Shown here piece after piece: positions 11,428 to 27,250 of a stretch of 64,000 nt of DNA (position 1 is the stretch's first letter; the number at the start of each line of letters is the position of its first letter). The stretch lies in the NCBI RefSeq assembly GCF_009914755.1, contig NC_060930.1, one strand, 5' to 3'. This DNA is from the human T2T-CHM13v2.0 reference genome, Homo sapiens. The notes under the pieces were generated by a model. The model was not told where the DNA came from. It did no database searches and saw nothing but the letters and a program-made list of their open reading frames with translations. The translations under genes and the position numbers were made by a program.

Positions 11428-13325
11428 CTAAAGAGAGAGTGCAATAGAAAAATACAGAATTTAGAAGAAAAGTACCTAAGTTCAAGATTCATTATTTATA
11501 TATGAAATTGTACCCTTGGGCAAGTAATTTCAATTCTACAATGCTCAGGTTTGTCTAGGTGTAAAATAAGAAATAGTATCAGCTCTCAATATCCTGTAAG
11601 ATTTTGGTGAGGATAAAACAAACAAAACACATGAAAAGTTCTTTTCCGCCCTAAAACACTGTAATGTTAGTTACAGGCATAAGTTGGAGATACTGTGGGT
11701 TCAGTTACAGATCACTGCAATAAAGCAGATATCACAATAAAGCAAGTCACACAAAGCTGAGGTTTCTCAGTGCACACAAAAAGTATGCTTGCACTATACT
11801 GTAGTTTGTTAAGTATGCAATAGTCTTATGTCTAAAACGAGAATGGACATGTCTTAATTAAAAAATACTTCATTGCTAAAAAATGTTAACTCTCATCTGA
11901 ACCTTCAAGTCATAACCTTTTTTGCTAGTGGCAGGTCTTGCGTCGATGCTGATGGCTGCAGACTGTTCAGGGTGATGGCTGCTGAAAGCTGGGGTGGATG
12001 TGGCAATGTCTTAAAATAAGACAACAATGAAGTTTGCCGCACTGATGGACTCTTCATTTCATAAAAGATTTCTCTGTAGCATGTCATTCTGTCTGACAGC
12101 AGCAGAACTTTCAAAACTGGAGTCAGTCCTCTCAAACCCTGTGGCTGCTTGATCATCTAAGTTTATTTCATGTCTGAAATCCTGTGTTATCATTTCAACA
12201 ATGTTCACAGCACTTTCATCAGGAGTAGGTTTCATCTTAAGAAACCACTTTGTTCTTCCATAAGAAGCAACTCCTCATCCATTCATATTTTATTATGAGA
12301 TTGCAGAAATTGAGTCATGTCTTCAGCCTCCACTTCTAATTCTACTGTTCTTGCTATTTTCACCTCATCTTCAGTTACCTGCTCCACTGAAGTCTTGAAT
12401 CCCTTAAAGTCATCCATGAGGGTTAGAATCGACTTCTTCCAACTCCTATTAATCTTCATATTTTGACCTCCACTCATGAATCATGAAGTTCTTAATGGCA
12501 TCTAGAATGGTGAATCGTTTCCAGAAAGTTTTCAGTTTACTTTCCCCAGATCCATCAGAGAAATGTAATGATCTTTAGTGATCTATGAGAGCTATAGCAT
12601 CATGAAATTTTTTTAAAATAGTAAGTCTTGAAAGTCAAAATTACTCATTGATCCATGGACTGCAGAATTTAGGTGTTGTTTTAGCAGGCATGAAGACTAC
12701 ATTCACTTCCCTATACATTTCCATCAGAGTTCCTGGGTGACCAGGTGCACTGGCATTGAGAAGTAATATTGTGAAAGGAATGTTTTTTCCCGAGCAGTGG
12801 GTCTCAACAGTGACCTTAAAATATCCAGTAAACCGTGCTGTAAACAGGTGTGCTGTCATCTAGGCTTTGTTGTTCTATTTATAGAGCACAGGCACAGTAA
12901 ACTTAGCATAATCTTAAGGGACCTAGGATTTTCAAAATGGTAAATGAGTATTGTCTTCAACTTAAAGTCACCCACTGCATTACCCCTAACAAGAGAGTCA
13001 GCCTGTTCTTTGAAGCATTAAAGCCAGGTATTGACTTCTCTCTAGCTAAGAAAGTCCTAGATAGCATCTTGTTCCAATAGACGGCTGTGTCATCTACACT
13101 GAAAATCTGTAGTTTACTGTGGCCACCTTCATCATTGACCGTAGCTAGGTCTTCTACATAACTTGAGGCAGCTTCTCCATCAGCACTCACCCTGAACTTG
13201 AACTGTGATGGAGATGGCTTCTTTCCTTAAACCTCATGAATCTACCTCTGCCAGCTGAACAACTTTTCTTGTGCAGCTTCCTCACCTCTCTCAGCCTTCA
13301 TAGAATTGAAGAGGGTACAGGTCTT

Positions 13326-13680
13326 TGATCTGGTTTGGCTGTGTCCCCACCCAAATCTCATCTTGAATTGTAACTCCTACAATTTCCAAGTGTTGTGGGA
13401 GGAACCTGGTTGGGGGTTGTTGAATCATGGGGGTAGGTCTTTCCCATGATATTCTCTTGAAAGTGAATGAGCCTCAAAGATTGGATGGTTTTATAAGGGG
13501 AACTTTCCCTGCACAAGCTCTCTTCTCGTCGGGCACCATGTGAGATGTGCCTTCACCTTCTGCCATGATTATGAGGCCTCCCCAGCCACGTGGAACTGTA
13601 AGTGCATTCAACCTCTTTCTTTTTTAAATTGCCTAGTCTCAGGTATATCTTTATCAGCAACGTGAGAACAGACTAATACA
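13326..13680 (+). mobile_element. THE1B solo LTR inserted in Tigger1
   Basis: TGATCTGGTTTGGCTGTGTCCCC...GACTAATACA. TSD G(T/C)CTT. Confidence 0.9.
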
Positions 13681-14224
13681 GCCTTCCTCTGGATTAGGTT
13701 TTTGGCTTAAGGAAATGTAGCTGGTTTCAACATCTGTCTGGACTACTAAAATTTCCTTCATATCAGCAATAAAGCTGTTTTTCTTTCTAATCATTTTTGT
13801 CTACACTGGAGTAGCACTTTTAATTTCCTTCAAGGAATTTTCCTTTGCATTCTCCACTTAGCTAAATGTTTTCCACAAGAGGCCTAGCATTTGGTCTATA
13901 TTGGCTTTCAACATGCCTTCCTCACTGAGCTCAATCATCTCTAGCTTTGATTTAAGTGAGAGACGTGCCATTCCTCCTTTCACTTGAACACTTAGAGCCC
14001 ATCATAGGACTAATTGGCCCAATTTTCATGTTATGTTGTCTGAGGAAATAGGGAGGCCCAAGGAGAGGGAGAGAGATGTGGGGATGGTTGGTCACTGGAG
14101 CAGTCAGAACACACACAATATTTACCAATTTCATTTACCATCTCATATGGGTGTGGTTCATGGTATTCTAAAACTATTATAATTGTAACACTAAAGATCA
14201 CTGATCATATCCTAAAATTATTAG

Positions 14225-14485
<261 letters not shown>

Positions 14486-15451
14486 TGAAAGACAAAGTCT
14501 GAACTATTAACTGAAAACAAAGATCCCCAATCACTCTAACAGATTAATAATAATGCAAAGGTTTAAAACATTGTGAGAATTTCCAAAATGTGATACTGAG
14601 ACATGAAGTGGGCACACACTGTTGGAAAAATGGTGCTGCTGATAGACTTGCCGCTCAATACCGGGTTTCCACAAACCTTCAATTTGTAAAAAACACAATA
14701 CCAGAGAAGGGCAATGAAGTGACATGCAATAAAGTGAGGTGCGCCTGTACTGTTTTCATTTTCATCAAGCCAAACCATAAGAATCTTGCACAACATCTGT
14801 ATTATTAGAGTAGCATGAATAATGCTTTTTATTGTAATTTTGTTTTTACTTCCAAAAAGAGAAATAATTTTTTTTTCTGATTATGAACTAAACAGGTCCT
14901 CCTGTCTAGTAATAGAACATCAAATCATCACCATAGAGATTCAACTTCTCTTTTTAGGAATTAAAAATAGTCACAATCCACTTATCATTACACAGTTAAT
15001 AACTTGATGCCAGAAGGATTTTGACAAAACACAGTACCCTTCATTCTCTTTTACTTTAGAAATGATTTACATTTCAGGTTAAAGAAATTCTGACACTCAA
15101 CTAAAAATACCTGCAGACAGATATCTGTAACCCATATATGAATTGACAGCATTTTAAAAATAGAAAAGTTGGTATTTCTTCATTTTTCAAAGATTTAATG
15201 TTAAGAAGGAATGGTTACTAGAATTAATATTTTTCCAGGGACACTAATAATTTGATTATAATTGAAAATTAAAAAATAATTTTAGAAAGAATTGAAATAC
15301 ACATAGCATTCTCATAAAAATAGAAATTATAATTATAATGTTGATTTAGTTTTTGACAGAGGTAAAAACTATTAAATGCATTAGATACATATTATTGAAA
15401 ATATTTGAAGGGGTAGGTCATAGTTTCTCTTTCCAAACATAAAATATAATA

Positions 15452-15523
15452 TTAGGTTGGTGCAAAAGATTTTTACCATTAAAAGCAATAGCAAAACCTG
15501 CGATTACTTTTGCACCAAACCAA
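15452..15523. mobile_element. MADE1 (Hsmar1-derived MITE)
   Basis: TTAGGTTGGTGCAAAAG...GCGATTACTTTTGCACCAAACCAA palindromic mariner TIRs. The left arm has a small deletion. Confidence 0.9.
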
Positions 15524-18500
15524 TGTGTACTGTAAAGCCAAATCCTGTAATCTCTTTAAATTTGACTTAACATTTGCGACCTACATCCACTCATGCATTG
15601 AAAAGGCAGCTCCGTGGAGTCAACATCTGTACATGAAGCCCGTGAAGACGCTGCCTCCATGGGACCAGAACAAGTTAAAGAATTCAGGTTGCTGGTTTCT
15701 TTCAATAAAGTTGTGGGAAGTAAGTTTCACTATATGTAGAACATTCTGAGGAATTGTAGTTTTGGTATCATTTAGTATTATTTGGATATTAAGAACAGGA
15801 CTTATAGGAGTCTTCAAAAATAATCATAATACATTTATGAATGTAATGAAATAATTGTGTTATACTGTTGCTATAGCTATGCAGATTATCTGAGAGATAC
15901 CTGAGTTATTTATGTTTCTACAAACATAAGTTACACTACTGCTATATTCAATGAAAGTATACATTAGTAAATTTTCCTATACTCTGTGTTACTAAGAGTG
16001 TACTGTAGTTACAGGAACTGTGGCATCTCTATAGTGTGTATTTAAAAAATACTCAAGCAAACTTCAGTTATAAGGCAATTATGATCCAAGCAAAGTTCAA
16101 TTATAAAATAGGTAATGATAATATAGAAGGCACAATTAGGACAAAATATTCCTGTCTCTGTACTGTCAGATAGCCTGGAATTACAATCAGTAACCTGAAC
16201 TTCATTTAGTGTGAAGGCAGAGTCTCCAAAATCCAATTCAAACAAAAAAGGTTAAAGTGACATGTTATTCCATTATCACTCATTGCTATATTGATACAGA
16301 CTAGTTGATCAGTGTCCTACCACAAACACACACACAGAGAGACTCACTCCTCATGCAGTGAGACAGTGGAAATAGGGAAACAGATGTCTTAAGAGGAAAA
16401 ACCCAAATGGGACATACGAGATAGGCTTTTTAAAAAACCCTACATAGGCCTGCACAAAGAAATGGATGTAATTCTAGACAAATCCCACCATGTTGTATAA
16501 ATGGAGGTGAAAGATAAGGAATTACCCCTACCCCTAAAAACAACTGAGTTGAAATTAAAAGTATGATTATATTATGGATTGTCTAACTTCACAAGTATTA
16601 TCAACTTACTAATTTATATTAATGAATAGCTTTCAATCTAGATATGATTTCAAATAAGCAATACATATTTGACTATTCAGTTATTGAAATGATTTTCATG
16701 CATCTACTGTGTGTTAAACTTTGTATTAAATGTTAGAAATCAAACACGAGTGAGATTCAGGACTATATTCTATTATTCTATAATTTAATGGAGGACATAA
16801 AGAGCAGATATTTGACAAAGAAATGCATAACATACTAAGGGAGTTCATTTAATGGCAAGACCAATTATAATTTTGTTTCCAACTTGGTATGAACTATGCT
16901 TACCAACTGTGAGAGAGGGGAGTTAAGATACTATTCATGTATTCTCAAATTAGTCAATTCCAAGAATTTGTTGAGTGTTACTCTTTTCAAATCAGGTGGG
17001 TGGTTGGCTCAATCAGCGCTGGCAGGTTACATTCCCATCTTACTGTTCTCACCACCACCCACTGCAGTGAAAAACACTTTTATGACAGAAATTTACCTGT
17101 TTTAAAAGTACTTTTGTTCTCAGAACTGAGAGATTTTATTGTTAAATAAAAGTGACAGGGGAAGCAACATAAAGTATCAAAGATGGTTCTGATCAAGTCA
17201 TGTAACAGTGCCTATGAGAAAGATTTGCCATTCTACTCTATCCATCCTATTAGTCCCCCTAATATTTCCTTCTTAAGGCTTTGAAATCTCCCCATAGAAC
17301 TCCTTATGTTACTTCGAGAATTTTAATAGTCATACGGCAAATAAGCAGAGAGCAGCTCACAATTAATGTACTAATGCCCTTTTCTTTTAATAAAAATTAT
17401 ACTCTTTCATTATCCTATTAACAAATGATTCTTTAGGGAGCATTTCTTTAATGTTCACAGTGCTGGCACCCTAGTTGGCACTCAACTATCTTAAATTTTT
17501 AATGAATTCAGAATTAGTCTGGGCATCTCTCAAAACTTAGAGTCTCTGAGTGCATGAGTGGACTCTTTATGTTATCAGATTTATTGTTTTGAAAGCAAAG
17601 AAGACTAGGAATATAAGCAAAAGAGGAAACAAGCAGGTAGTTTGAGAGTGTAGAAAACTCCATGGCACACAAGCACATTGTAAGGTAACACCTTTTTCAC
17701 CAATGGAGAGAAAAGAGAGGAAGAGATGGAGGAGCAAAACGACTCGCTGTTACCATACTAGCAGTGTCAGCACTACAAAATACAACATTTAAAAATGTGT
17801 TAAGATGTTTTTCTGTATTTATCAACAGATAAACCCACAGCCAGCCCAAATCAGGTACTGGAGATTAAAACTAAATCCCTGGACAAAGATTAGCATCTCA
17901 AGGAGAGGCTGTACAACATTAGAGGAAAATGTGGTTGAGCAGGTTGAAAAGGACACCTTCACAGACACATCTGGGAGAATGCTAGCAGCTCTTCAAATAC
18001 TTCTCCTTAGTAGCATTTATCTCCATCTTAACTACATCACTGATGCATTAATTATAGGACATTTTTCTCTCTGGTTAGAATGTAAGTTCCTTGAGAGAAC
18101 AGACCTTTTCTGTCTGAATTCCAGTGACTAGTCTACTGCCATGCAGGCTCACAGTTCGTATTTGTGGAATGAAATTGCTGAAGAATTAATTATACATGAA
18201 GGAAATTCAAGCGTAAATTGAGCCATTAATACAAATATGAAAATACAAGGAAATATGAACTTTAGAAAGCAAATAATATGCCACAGAGGTTCCCAATTGC
18301 ATACTTCACTGGACTCACTTCATTTAGGGACCTCATTTTCTAAGGTCCCCCAGCTGTCCAGTGCTCAGGTCATCACTGACATGGGCTCAGAAAATACAGA
18401 TACATCCCCAAGGCAGAGCCAGTGTTTGTTTTATTTTTGTTTTAATGTAAGCACCACTTACCTTTTTCACCTATGGGTAGACTCTCTCATTCCATGATAT

Positions 18501-18845
18501 TAGAAAATGTTTCAAATGAAAATGCCCCTGGTTGTAATATAATGACTAAAATTACATTAAGATATCAATATAAACAGTATCAAAAACTTTCCTAAAAATC
18601 AGTTTTAATAAAAGAGTTGAGAACATGAGAATGCCCTTAAGGAAAAGGTAGTAGAAAGAAAAATCAAATATACATTTGAAGTTCATCAAAATAGATTTGG
18701 AGTTGGCACAGATTAGAATTTTATTATTTTTTTAAAAATTGGGCCAGAAACGAGCACCTACTTTACGCTAGGCACTGTGCTTCCCTATGAAAGGAAGCAT
18801 GGTTTCTGCTTCAAGTGGGTGAGTGGAGGGCCTACAGGTGCTTAG

Positions 18846-19160
<315 letters not shown>

Positions 19161-19859
19161 AATAATTTCTAAACAATAGTAATGCAAATAGAGTATGCAC
19201 AGCGTGGACATTCCAGCTTCCTAAACGCAGGAGCACTAACGCTCCTCTGGCTTGAGAGAGAGTCATCAGAATGCAAAGATAGAAGGAGATAGACAAATTA
19301 GGGGATGCAAGGGATGCAATCCAGTACAGGCTCCAATTTCTAACCCTGTCCCACATCAATGAGGACCTTTAGAGAGGGCACAATATTATCCACAGTCTCA
19401 TAATTCAACAGGGAATTGGGCAAAGAAACAAAAATAGTGACTATGGACTAAATTGATTCTGAACCCATATTATGATTCAGTAAGATAAATGTCCCTGAAA
19501 GTTTCTGAAGATTCTTAGGGCACCCTGATGACCAAAGGGGTGAGAGCTAGGGTCATCACGTGACCTCATTATCCTTATTATCTCTCAGCAGTTACCGAGT
19601 TAATGGGGAGCTAGAAAAAATTGTTTTTCTCAATCACTGGAAAACAGTAAATGAATAACAGATAGCTAGTTTTAAAATTTACTGGATATTTTGTCAATTT
19701 TCTAAGCTACTTGTTATATCTTTCTAATCCTTAAGATAATTGCATTTATTAGAAAAAATTAAATTGGCTTAGTAAAATTTTAGTCAAAATTTTGTGTATT
19801 TGTTTAGGAAATGAACAAAGAGATTACAATCTGGATCCTGATAGTTCACTGGTAAAAGA

Positions 19860-21335
19860 TAAGATTATACCAACAAATAGATAACTTACACGAAACGGGT
19901 AAATTCCAAGAAAGACACAACCTACCAGAACTCACTGAAGACGACATATCAAATCTGAATAGACCCATAACAAGTAAAGACATTGCGTTACTAATTTTAA
20001 AACTGCCAAGAAGAAAAGTCCAGGTCCAGGGGATACCTTGGTAAGTTCAACCAAATATTTGATTCGTTTTCAACAGGGTAACAAGATGATTCAATGGGGA
20101 AAAATAATCCCCTCAATAAACGGCATATGCAAAAGAATGAAGCTGAGTTCCTACATCACATTACATATAAAAATTAAGTCAAAATGGATAAGAGGCCTAA
20201 TGCAAGGGATACAACTATAACAGTCTCAGAAGAAAATTTAGGAGTAAACCTTTGTGACCTTGGGTTTGGAAAAGGTACTTAGATCTGGCACCAAAAACAT
20301 GAGCGAACAAAGACAACATATACACACTGAACTACAACTTTTGTTCTTCAAAGAACATCATCACTACAGTAAAATGACAACCCACCAAAAGGAAGGAAAT
20401 AAATGCAAATCACATATGTCATAAAAAACCTCTGTCCAGAATATATAAAGAACATTTACAACTTAACAAGGAGAAGACAAATAACCCAATTAAAAAATGG
20501 GCAAAGAATCTGAATAGACATTTTTCCAAGGAAGTTATACAAATGGCCCAATAAACTCTTGAAAAGAAGATCAGCATCATTAGTCGTTAGGGAAATATAA
20601 ATCAAAATTATGAGATGTCCCTTCACACCTACAAATATTGCTAAAATTTAAAACAAACAAGAAAAGAATAACGGGTGCTGTCAAGAACATAGGTAAATTG
20701 TAAATCTCATTCATTATTGGCAGAAAGGGAAATTGGTACAGCCACTTTTAAAGAGTGGCATACCTTAAAATAGTGTTACCATATCTCCAGCAACTTCCCT
20801 TCTAGGTATATATCCAAAAGAAAAGAAAATGTATGTCCATATAAAAACTTGTACATGATCAGTAACAGCAGCATTTTTCTAATAGCAAGGAAGTAGAAAC
20901 AACCCAGATGCCCATCAATTGATGAATACATAAACAAAATGCAGTATATTCATACAATGGAATATTATTTGGCAATAAAAAGGAATGAGGTACCACAAGT
21001 CGCAAATATGGATGAACTTTTAAACGTCATAAGTGAAAGCAGGCAGTCACAGAAGACCACGTATTACATGTTTCCATTTAAATAAATCTCCCAATTAGGC
21101 AAATTCATAGAGACAAAGTCAATTTGTGGTAGCCAGGTACTCGGGGAAGAGGGAAGTGAGCAGGGGCATGGGGTGTGACTGCTACTGTGTACAGGCTTTC
21201 CTTTTGGGAATTATGGCAGTGTTCTAAAATTTGATGGTGTTGATGATTACACAACTCTATGAATATACTACTAAACTGTACACGTAAAGATGGTCAATTT
21301 AATGTTAGGAAAATTAAGTCAATCAACTGTTATTT
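19860..21335 (+). mobile_element. L1MB (L1MB7/8-like) ORF2 remnants + 3'UTR, with internal deletion
   Basis: AATCTGAATAGACCCATAACAAG, AAAAATGGGCAAAGAATCTGAATAGACATTT and GCAAATTCATAGAGACA. The ORF2 position jumps near 20055. Confidence 0.85.
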
Positions 21336-21409
21336 TTTTGAAAGGCAGATAAGGTGGTATCTTAGATTCCATAAGCCAGCCTAAAAGTGCTGAGGAACCA
21401 CGCAGTATT

Positions 21410-21450
21410 TGTGTGTGTGTGTGTGTCTGTGTACAGGTGTGTGTGTGTGT
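21410..21450. repeat. Interrupted (TG)n microsatellite
   Basis: Seen directly. Confidence 0.9.
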
Positions 21451-22813
21451 ATCAGATCATTATAAGGAAGGATGTATGTCTAGAGAAGTCATGTTAGGCT
21501 TCACATACTTTTAATACATTGTTACCCTAATGTTATAAAAACTTATAGTGGATTTATATTTTAGACACAAGTAACATATAGTTGGCCAGTTGAAGTTTAT
21601 TTCTGGAAAACTTCTGTTTACATTTTATTTTAAAATAGTTATCCCTCAATCAGCATGCCCTACATTTTCCTAGTGGCAGAAAGTAGTGACCAGAATAAAA
21701 AAGCAATTAAATTAGGCAATAACATTACTGAAGAGGTCACTGGTTCTGCTTACATTTCACTTGTTTTGCCTATATATATTATCCATTGAACTAAATACAG
21801 AGAAGCCACATTTTCTCTTAATATTCTCTTATGGTCTAGTGATTTTCTTTCTTTTTTACATATGGAAAATTACAAAAGCTCTAGCTACACAACGACATCA
21901 AATATACAAGTGTCTAATTGCAATACACCGGGATATTTTGACTAAAGAGCCGTGATAACTTTGCAATGATGTAGGACGATGTTTCAGACAAAATATGAAG
22001 CCAAAAAAGGCAGAATATAATCTGAACTGACATTTCCTATCTAGAATGACAGAAATGTAAATGTGTTTTTCTCTAGTGCTGAAGGTTTGGAAAATGCTAG
22101 ACCCTAAGATTTACCATGGAATTTGATGATTCATAGTGAACATGAAGAGACAGACGCCACAGTCTGAGTTCTATTTGGTAATTCGTGGCCACAAAAGTGC
22201 ACCCCTCATTGCTTTCCAGCTATTTACACTTGCCAGTATAATACAAGATTCTTAATTAGCAACCATGTGGCTTCACTTTAAATAGCCTTGCTAGCTCCCT
22301 TGGGACCTCTTGAAATATCATTCATATTAGTAGAAATACCATCCCATTTTGTTACAGATTTATTTATTTCTCTTGCTATCCTTTTTTTTTTTCTGTTAAG
22401 GCATATTACTGTTACATGATTATAAGCATTTTTTAAAGTTATGGGCAGGGCCATGATCTAACTATACTTTGTAGTTACATGACATCTAAAAATGTGCTAT
22501 CTGATTAAAGGATGCATTTTAGTAATAAAGATGATAGCTATTTACATCCGATAACTGCCTACAAAAAGACAGAAATGAGCTGAAAAATGGAAGAAGATGG
22601 AATAAATACAGTTTACTAATAGAGCTTATACTTCTCCCATTTGGTTTAAAGAGGCTTTTAAACACTCAAGCTGAGATTTACTATGAAAATCAGACTTACA
22701 AACATCACCATCAACACAGAATTATTAAAATGTAGAAAGTGTGGATATGTCTAGGATTGCGATCCCATTATGCAGGGACCTACGACCTACTAGAAATCCT
22801 TTGCAATTCTTAC

Positions 22814-22886
22814 TGAACTATTTTTTCATGTAAATGACCATCACAAGGACAGGTGAACTCTCTGCAGGCACCGATCGTCTGGTTTT
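22814..22886 (-). other. Candidate 73-nt spliced exon (open frame NQTIGACREFTCPCDGHLHEKIV)
   Basis: Minus strand reads ccctgtctgccctgtatactttTAG|AAAACC...GTTCA|GTAAGA. Two CpGs are retained. Confidence 0.3.
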
Positions 22887-23017
22887 CTAAAAGTATACAG
22901 GGCAGACAGGGTATTCACCTTGATTGGAAACAGAGAATCCAGGTATATTTGAATCTTCTGCCCCCACCATATTGTGTAGCACTATGTTTTGTTTAATTTT
23001 ATCAGTAGAAAGAAAAA

Positions 23018-23316
23018 GGCCAGACAAATGCCGTGACTCAATCCTGTAATCCCAGCATGTTGGGAGGCTGAGGTGGGCGGACCACTTGGGCCCAGGAATT
23101 CAAAACTAGCTTGGGCAACAAAGTGAGAGCCGATTCTACAAAAATTACAAATATTAGCCGGGCATGGTGGCACATGCCTGTAGTCCAAGCTAGTTGGGAG
23201 GCTGAGGTGGGAGGATCCATTGAGCCCAGGAGGTCAAGGCTGTAGTAAGCTGTGATTGGGCCACTGCACTCCAGCCTGGGCAACAGAAAGAGATTCTGTC
23301 TCAAAGAAAAGAAAAA
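23018..23316 (+). mobile_element. AluJ
   Basis: GGAGGATCCATTGAGCCCAGGAGGTCAAGGCTG J-type right arm. Confidence 0.92.
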
Positions 23317-23340
23317 GGTCATACAAGTTTACCACTAATA

Positions 23341-23648
23341 GGCCAGGTGCAGTGGCTCACTCCTGTAATCCAGCACTTTGGGAGGCCGAGGCGGGCAGAT
23401 CACCTGAGGTCGGGAGTTTGAGACCAGATTGCCAACATGGCGAAACCCCGGCTCTACTAAAAATACCAAAAATTAGCCTGGCATGTTGGCGAGCGCCTAT
23501 AGTCCCAGCTACTCGGGAGGCTGAGGCAGGAGAATCACTGAACCTGGGAGGCGGAAGTTGCAGTGAGCTGATATTGCGTCACTGCGCTCCAGCGTGGGTG
23601 ACAGAGTGAGTCTAATGAAAAAATAAAAAATAAAAAAATGAAAAAAAA
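23341..23648 (+). mobile_element. AluS (Sp/Sq/Sx type)
   Basis: Full dimer. TSD AAGTTTACCACTAA. Confidence 0.93.
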
Positions 23649-25474
23649 GTTTACCACTAACAGTTGAAGCGATAAATTTTGTTTTGACGAAGTAACATTT
23701 ATAGTCGGTGATTATTATAAAAAATTTTGTTTTAAATCATTCACAATTGAGTTCCCATCCTATTGTAAGTCTACTGCTAATCTAATAATTGCATGCATTA
23801 TTATGTTGGTCTTATGATACTACCTAGTAAATAAATATACATATGTGGGTCATACTCCATAAGTCTGAAATACACAGTTTAAGGGACTAATAAGGTATAT
23901 GTAACTAAGAAATACACTAGTATCATCATTATCTGCTGTTTTATGTTTTAATAACTTCTATTTCTGATATTTCAAAGTGATATAAACGAGCAAGTTCTAT
24001 ACAAAGCTACCTCATAGATTCTAAAATCACTGGCCTTTCAAACATGTTTATGGGTTCTTTTTAAAAAACAAACATTCGGATGCTGACGAAGTAGAAAATT
24101 AGTCTTCTGGAGACATATTATGATGGAGACTTAAGATGGATGAAAAGTATAAACTGCATCATCCAGGGCTGGATTTCCTGTGCACACTGCAGAAACGTCC
24201 TCGATGTTACTGATGTCTGCCTCACGCTTAGCTCTCAGAGCCGAAGCTCCATCAGGACAGATTGGAACTGCTACCCAGAGGCATTTCACAATTTGAACCA
24301 AAAGGTTTTCAGGCTTGCGTTCTAGCTAATTCTGTCGCTTCTAATTCCAGCCAGACTTAAACTCTTATCTTTGGATGCCAGGCCTACAGATAGGGCTATC
24401 ACAGTAGCCCCAATTCCCAGAAAATACGCAACTCCATGACCCAGGTGAGATTAAATCCTTCCAGATAGCCTAAATAAATGGTCTATAACTTGTTCCTGTC
24501 ACTCCCACTAATGCCTTTGTACTGTGAAACAGACTAGGAAAGGTGTAAATATCTTCAAATTATTAGCTGCACTTCCTCTTCCTTGCCTCTACCAGGAACT
24601 CTAGCATCACGCTCCTCATGGGGCAAAGGAAACCCAGAGGCGGCAGTTCCTGCACTTTCTTCTCCTGTAGTTATTAACCAATTTGCAGATCTCCGTGTAT
24701 TACTGGTAATAGAGGCACACTCATATCTTTTCTCTTGAACACCTTGCCAGTAAAATTCTCCCGCACTAACCTGTCTGCCCCTCTCTCTCTAAGAAAGATA
24801 CAGACCCAATTATACAATTTAGCCCATTACTTTGGTTCAAACAGATTTCACCTCAAAACAGATGTACTTGAATGTGAAAGGACCTTCTTGTCAGTGCGTG
24901 GGGTAGCTGTGCTCTCCTGTACCCCCTAAACATTTATGTGAAGTAGTCACATCTGAAGAACACACACATATATAATGGGAAGTATCTCTTAAGCAGCACC
25001 GCAGGCATTTGCTTTAAACCCCCCGTAACTCATAACGGCTTGACTGTGCATCCATGCTTCTCAGCAGCTAGGGGTTCCCTGAAAGCAGGGACAAAGCCGT
25101 GGTCTTCCTTGTTTCCTCTGCACCTCACCTCGTGCTGAGCACATGCAGACTCAGAATAGATGTTCACTGAATAAAAGAAAGGATGGACACATGAATACAT
25201 TAAATGAACCTCAAACGTTATCTACTATGCTCTGTGCAGAATCAGTCAGAAGACAAGGTGTCTCGGGAATGCAAAACGGGACAAAGAAAACCCAGCTCAA
25301 GCAAGATAAGCACTGGGCAGTGGTTCCATTTGTCTGAGCGAGGCAGCACGTCGAGATGAGACGAAAACACAGACACTGACTGAGTAGGTAGAGCAAGGGG
25401 TGGAAATCAAGAACCAACAAGCAGCCCAGTGCCCATCTGTGAGCTGGGGCTGCAGGAAGAAAAGTTGGAAAGGT

Positions 25475-25794
<320 letters not shown>

Positions 25795-26204
25795 TTGGAA
25801 AGGCAAGGCTATGTTGGGAGGGCCCTGACATAGTGAGAGGAAGTATCATTATTTGAAGGACTTTGAATGTTTCTCATGTGACTGGAAAGACTATTCATAT
25901 TCTTACCACAGCAAGATCTGAATTTGTGAATTGTCAAGCTCTCTCGGTAACATTGTTTCATTTTCCATTATTAGTTTTAAGTCACTTTAAAACAAATTGT
26001 GGTAAAATTCAACTCCTGTCCCACGACTTAGTTTGCCCACATTTAAAACTATTCCTGAAATAAACTATGTAAATTTAGGAGGGAAATTTTAATCTGTTAA
26101 ATGTATTTAGACATTTCCTATTCAGAGAAACATTATGAAGCCTTCTATTTTGTGTATAGTCTAGATTTTTAACTATGAATATGTGTGTGTATTCATGCAA
26201 ATAG

Positions 26205-26300
26205 TATTGATGGAGATGTATAGATAGATAGATGATAGGTAGATAGATGCCAGATGGGTACATGGACAGTCACACAGATGGAGAGATGGTAGGTGGACAG
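26205..26300. repeat. Degenerate (GATA/GATG)n simple repeat
   Basis: tagatagatagatgataggtagatagat. Confidence 0.75.
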
Positions 26301-26999
26301 ACTGACACTATGAAGAAAAACAAAGAAGGCTGAAGATGGCTGGGGTGAAGCCATCTTTCTACTGGGTCTTCAGGGGAAGGCTTTTCGACAAGGTGGCTTT
26401 AGAATTACTACAAGTGAATTCTATCCATACAGGAATTTTGACTTTTCTGGAGTTAGAGATGATCAAATATATTTTGAAAGAAATAAGGTCCTGGTCACAA
26501 ATATGCCACTACAGAGATAGGTTAGTCCTCACGAGGCCTACACCTCCCCGACTCTAAAAATGAACAAGATGAGCAGATTGTGGAACTCTGGGTTTCATTC
26601 TTATTGCCCTTTGAGGGGAAGGTGCTTAGAGGTAAATGTTGGCTTGGAGCTGACTAGAATGAACTGGTTAGCTTTGAATTTGGTATGCAGCACACCATAT
26701 ATGTTGAGAGGTTATTTAAATGTTTTTATAGTTTACATGGAGAGATTAATTATTTTATTTTTATGTAAAAATTGCTGAGATTTCAGCAGTTACGATCGCT
26801 GACCTATTAATTTAAGTAATAATGTAATGAATTTTATATTTTTACATCTTCAGAATAACTCACAATCCTGTGCAATGTTTCTGATACCTGCCTAAATATC
26901 TGTATTTACTCATTTTGCATTTCTTTTCAAAGGCTCTCATGATTTCAGGAGGTATACTGATGCAAACTTAATATCCAGAAAGAATTCTGGTGCAGGAAT

Positions 27000-27250
27000 G
27001 GTTTGGTATCAAGAACGTGGGCTCCAGAGGTGGACAGGTGTGTGTCTCCAGGCTACCTTGTATCCTGCATAGCTTTGAGATCTTGGACAATTTATTTCTC
27101 TCAGAGGGCCACAGTTTCCTCATCTGTAAAATAAGGACAGCGATACTAAGTTCAGAGTGTCATCGAGAGGATAAAGTTAAAGAAGATCCTGGACACACAC
27201 CCACAGTGCCTAACAGCATTCCATCTGCAGAAGAGGTCTTGGTTATTTGA
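27000..27250 (+). mobile_element. MIR
   Basis: CAGTTTCCTCATCTGTAAAATAAGG core. Confidence 0.7.

Noticed and set aside
11905-13190. Transposase-like ORFs as a domesticated TIGD gene
   Set aside because: Multiple stops and frameshifts plus a THE1B insertion. This is a decayed Tigger1.
18462-18545. Minus-strand exon-like segment ending AAG|GTAAGT
   Set aside because: All three frames are closed and the acceptor is modest. It cannot be told from a pseudo-exon.
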